From: Vibrio vulnificus CMCP6
Lineage (GTDB): Bacteria > Pseudomonadota > Gammaproteobacteria > Enterobacterales > Vibrionaceae
Assembly (NCBI RefSeq): GCF_000039765.1
Contig: NC_004460.2
Location: forward strand, 570,001 to 602,000
Length of the DNA stretch: 32,000 bases
Reading direction: 5' to 3'
The first letter of the stretch is position 1. The number at the start of each line of letters is the position of its first letter. This document shows, one piece after another, positions 29,543 through 32,000 of this stretch. A program made the position numbers and the translations under genes. Under the pieces are notes generated by a model. The model had not been told where the DNA came from. It was given only the letters and a program-made list of their open reading frames with translations, and searched no databases.

Positions 29543-30373
29543 ATGTCCCCGCTTATTTCTGCCAGTGAACTGAATGAGATTAAACATCAAAAAAATTTGG
29601 TCATTTTAGATGCCAGCATGGAGTTCACGATCCCCAATGCTGAACCTAAGATTTTCGGCAAGGTCATCCCTGGTGCTCGTCGATTCGATTACGACCACGA
29701 GTTCTGCGATCTTTCCAGTACTTTGCCTCATATGATGCCCGATCAAGCAACCTTCAATGCTAAAGCACAACAGATCGGTCTAAACAATGATAGCCATATC
29801 GTGGTCTACGATAACGCGGGAACTTACGCCTCGCCAAGAGCTTGGTGGATGCTAAAAGCGATGGGACATCATAACGTTCAAGTGCTCAATGGTGGCCTGA
29901 AAGCGTGGATTGACGCAGGCTTTGAAACCCAAGACAACTTTGAAGCAGTATCACAGATTGGTACATTCAATGGACAAATCGATCCAGATTATTTCTTAAA
30001 TGCCGATATTGTTCTGAAGCACAGTAATTTGCGCTCCGCCTCAATTGTCGATGCACGATCTATGGAACGGTTTTTAGCTCAGGTCCCAGAGCCCAGAGAA
30101 GGTATACGCAGTGGCCACATTCCGGGTTCCCTGTGTTTGCCGTTTTCACAACTGATGGACAAAGGCCATATTAAACCTTTGTCTGGTTTGCAAGAGGCTT
30201 TCGAGTCGCTACCATTAGACCAGAGTAAACCGATCATTTTCAGTTGTGGCTCGGGGGTCACTGCATGCATTTTGTTATTAGGCGCATACCTAATCGGTTA
30301 CAAAAATTTGTCTGTCTACGACGGTTCATGGACGGAATGGGGAGCCAACCCTCAATTACCTATTGAACCTTAA
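29543..30373 (+). CDS. Two-domain rhodanese-like sulfurtransferase (SseA-like)
   Basis: GKVIPGARRFDYDHEF; RAWWMLKAMGHHNVQVLNGGLKAWIDAG; GHIPGSLCLPF; catalytic loop FSCGSGVTA. Confidence 0.9.
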   Translation: MSPLISASELNEIKHQKNLVILDASMEFTIPNAEPKIFGKVIPGARRFDYDHEFCDLSSTLPHMMPDQATFNAKAQQIGLNNDSHIVVYDNAGTYASPRAWWMLKAMGHHNVQVLNGGLKAWIDAGFETQDNFEAVSQIGTFNGQIDPDYFLNADIVLKHSNLRSASIVDARSMERFLAQVPEPREGIRSGHIPGSLCLPFSQLMDKGHIKPLSGLQEAFESLPLDQSKPIIFSCGSGVTACILLLGAYLIGYKNLSVYDGSWTEWGANPQLPIEP

Positions 30374-30402
30374 CGAAGACAGCGTCAAACAGAAGGCAAA
30401 GA

Positions 30403-32000
30403 ATGGCTGGAATGAAGAAAAATATTTGGCTGCTATATTGGGTCCTCGTGGTGGTTACCATGGGGCTTTTTATCCTTTTTGGCCATAATTTCTATCATTC
30501 CAACCTACAGAAATACCAAGATAAGCAACTGCTGCAACTTGAACTTTTTGCGGCTTCCGTCGACTCACTGTTCAAAAGCCAAGAGTCCCTACTCGAAGTG
30601 GTTGGGCATCAATTAGTCGAGCAAAGCGATTTCACTCGGACGGCAGCCATGCAGATACGGCCGCTACTCGATAACTTGATGCGTATTCATCCTATTATTG
30701 CTGGTTTTGGCCTTGCTAATCCTAATGGTGACTTTATCGCGGTCAGCAGCAATGTCGATTTAGCGCGAGCAGAAAACTTAATCGCCAACCCCGCGACAAA
30801 AATCGGTTTCATCGAAGCGCTCAATTCCAATCGTATGGTATTGGGGCATACCTACTATTTTGATGCCATCGATTCCTTGGTGATTCCCATTCGCAAATCC
30901 ATTCGCAATCAGCGCGGTGAAGTGGAAGCCGTCATGACCGCGGGACTAAAAGTCGAGTCGACACTGGTTTTTCGCAACAATATTCATGCGAACCCCTACA
31001 ATATTGTGAGCCTGATACGAGAAGACTTGTACCGCACTTTTGTTTCTGCCGACGCCTCCCTCGTCAATCGTTACGATGCACCCATTGACGATCATCGTTA
31101 CAAAGAGGTCATCGCCGCGGCGGCTTCTCAGTTATCGCTTTCCGAACCGGAACTCAAAGCTTCTCAAAAAGCCGTCACAGTGACGACAAATGGCCCCCAA
31201 GTCTCCTATCTAATGACAGTGAAATACCTGTCGGATTATAAAGTTTGGGCCGTTTCTGCTACTGAAATGCATTTTATTCGTCAACAGTTTTACAGCCAAC
31301 TCGGCTTCTACCTGCTGATCTTCACTATCTTACAGCTCGCGTTTTACGGCTTAGTGCGCTCGATCGCCAACAACGAACAACAAACCATTGAACGCTTAAA
31401 CAAACAAGCGACACACGACACCTTAACTGGCCTGCCAAACAGACTCTATTTGCGCAATAACGTAAACAGTTGGCTCAAAAATAAAACGTCGCCTTTTTCA
31501 CTGCTGTTCATTGATATGGATAACTTTAAAAGTGTCAACGACACTCATGGTCACGATTTTGGTGACCAAGTTCTAAAACAAATCACGCAACGATTAGGTT
31601 CATTCAACAACGACCAACGCTTGTTGGTGCGTGAAGCCAGCGATGAATTCATTTTATTGGTAAAAGAGAGCGATCCTGCGTTACTTAAGTCATTAGCGAC
31701 TACCATGATCGCTAAAATGGCCGAGCCTTATGTGATTAACGACGTTCAGTTCCTATTAAGCTGTAGCGTAGGCATCGCCGTTTATCCCACTCACGGCAAT
31801 GACCTCGACGCGTTACTTCGCGCCGCCGATATCTCGATGTATCGTGCCAAACAAGAGCGTAACTCGTTCAATATTTTCACCACTGAAATGCAAGAGCAGC
31901 ATTTATACAAAACGAAAGTTGAACAACGTTTAAGATTTGCGATTGAACAACAAAAGCTCTTTATGGTTTACCAACCTCAGGTTGATATGGATGGCAAGCT
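30403..32000 (+). CDS. Membrane sensor with periplasmic cache-like region, GGDEF domain and start of EAL domain; runs off window
   Basis: Manual translation: MAGMKKNIWLLYWVLVVVTMGLFILFGHNF..., then LTGLPNRLYLRNNV...LLFIDMDNFKSVNDTHGHDFGDQVL, LLVREASDEFILL, CSVGIAVYPTHGND, RFAIEQQKLFMVYQPQVDMDGK. Open to the edge. Confidence 0.9.
   Translation, partial: MAGMKKNIWLLYWVLVVVTMGLFILFGHNFYHSNLQKYQDKQLLQLELFAASVDSLFKSQESLLEVVGHQLVEQSDFTRTAAMQIRPLLDNLMRIHPIIAGFGLANPNGDFIAVSSNVDLARAENLIANPATKIGFIEALNSNRMVLGHTYYFDAIDSLVIPIRKSIRNQRGEVEAVMTAGLKVESTLVFRNNIHANPYNIVSLIREDLYRTFVSADASLVNRYDAPIDDHRYKEVIAAAASQLSLSEPELKASQKAVTVTTNGPQVSYLMTVKYLSDYKVWAVSATEMHFIRQQFYSQLGFYLLIFTILQLAFYGLVRSIANNEQQTIERLNKQATHDTLTGLPNRLYLRNNVNSWLKNKTSPFSLLFIDMDNFKSVNDTHGHDFGDQVLKQITQRLGSFNNDQRLLVREASDEFILLVKESDPALLKSLATTMIAKMAEPYVINDVQFLLSCSVGIAVYPTHGNDLDALLRAADISMYRAKQERNSFNIFTTEMQEQHLYKTKVEQRLRFAIEQQKLFMVYQPQVDMDGK

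Noticed and set aside
1-32000. Search for CRISPR, tRNA/rRNA, transposase, integrase, restriction-modification or toxin-antitoxin systems
   Set aside because: No repeat-spacer pattern, no cloverleaf noticed, and no ORF with recognisable mobile-element or defence motifs. The short HTH gene alone is not enough to claim a toxin-antitoxin or phage module.

Overview
This 32-kb window looks like an ordinary chromosomal segment from a Vibrio-like gammaproteobacterium; the genus is inferred from gene content and protein style, with no database check. I find no CRISPR array, rRNA, tRNA, IS element, integron or prophage. Supported genes are: a partial solute-binding-type sensor, a ThrE-like threonine/serine exporter, an ArfA-like ribosome rescue factor, a cold-shock protein, YaeQ, a glutaredoxin-like protein, an OmpA-type lipoprotein, a DsbA-like lipoprotein, a membrane-anchored FKBP, a YqaB-like HAD phosphatase, a methyl-accepting chemotaxis protein with an apparent 1-nt N-terminal frameshift, an RND efflux permease plus adaptor, a dCMP-deaminase-like protein, PepT, a coiled-rich lipoprotein, an aldo/keto reductase, a small HTH protein, a secreted hypothetical, a VWA lipoprotein, a ClcA-type chloride channel, a TDT/SLAC1 transporter, an NRAMP-like transporter, FolE, MoeA, MoeB, a rhodanese-type sulfurtransferase, and a partial cache-GGDEF-EAL protein. 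I see no convincing new multi-gene system. The observations most worth a second look are: (i) a 52-nt hairpin inside the ArfA-like coding sequence that also sits just downstream of the convergent exporter; (ii) the single-nucleotide disruption of the chemotaxis receptor's first transmembrane helix; (iii) a VWA lipoprotein with two equally spaced Cys/EF-hand-like modules, divergent from an unexplained secreted protein; and (iv) a 33-bp tandem repeat between the clcA-like and TDT genes.
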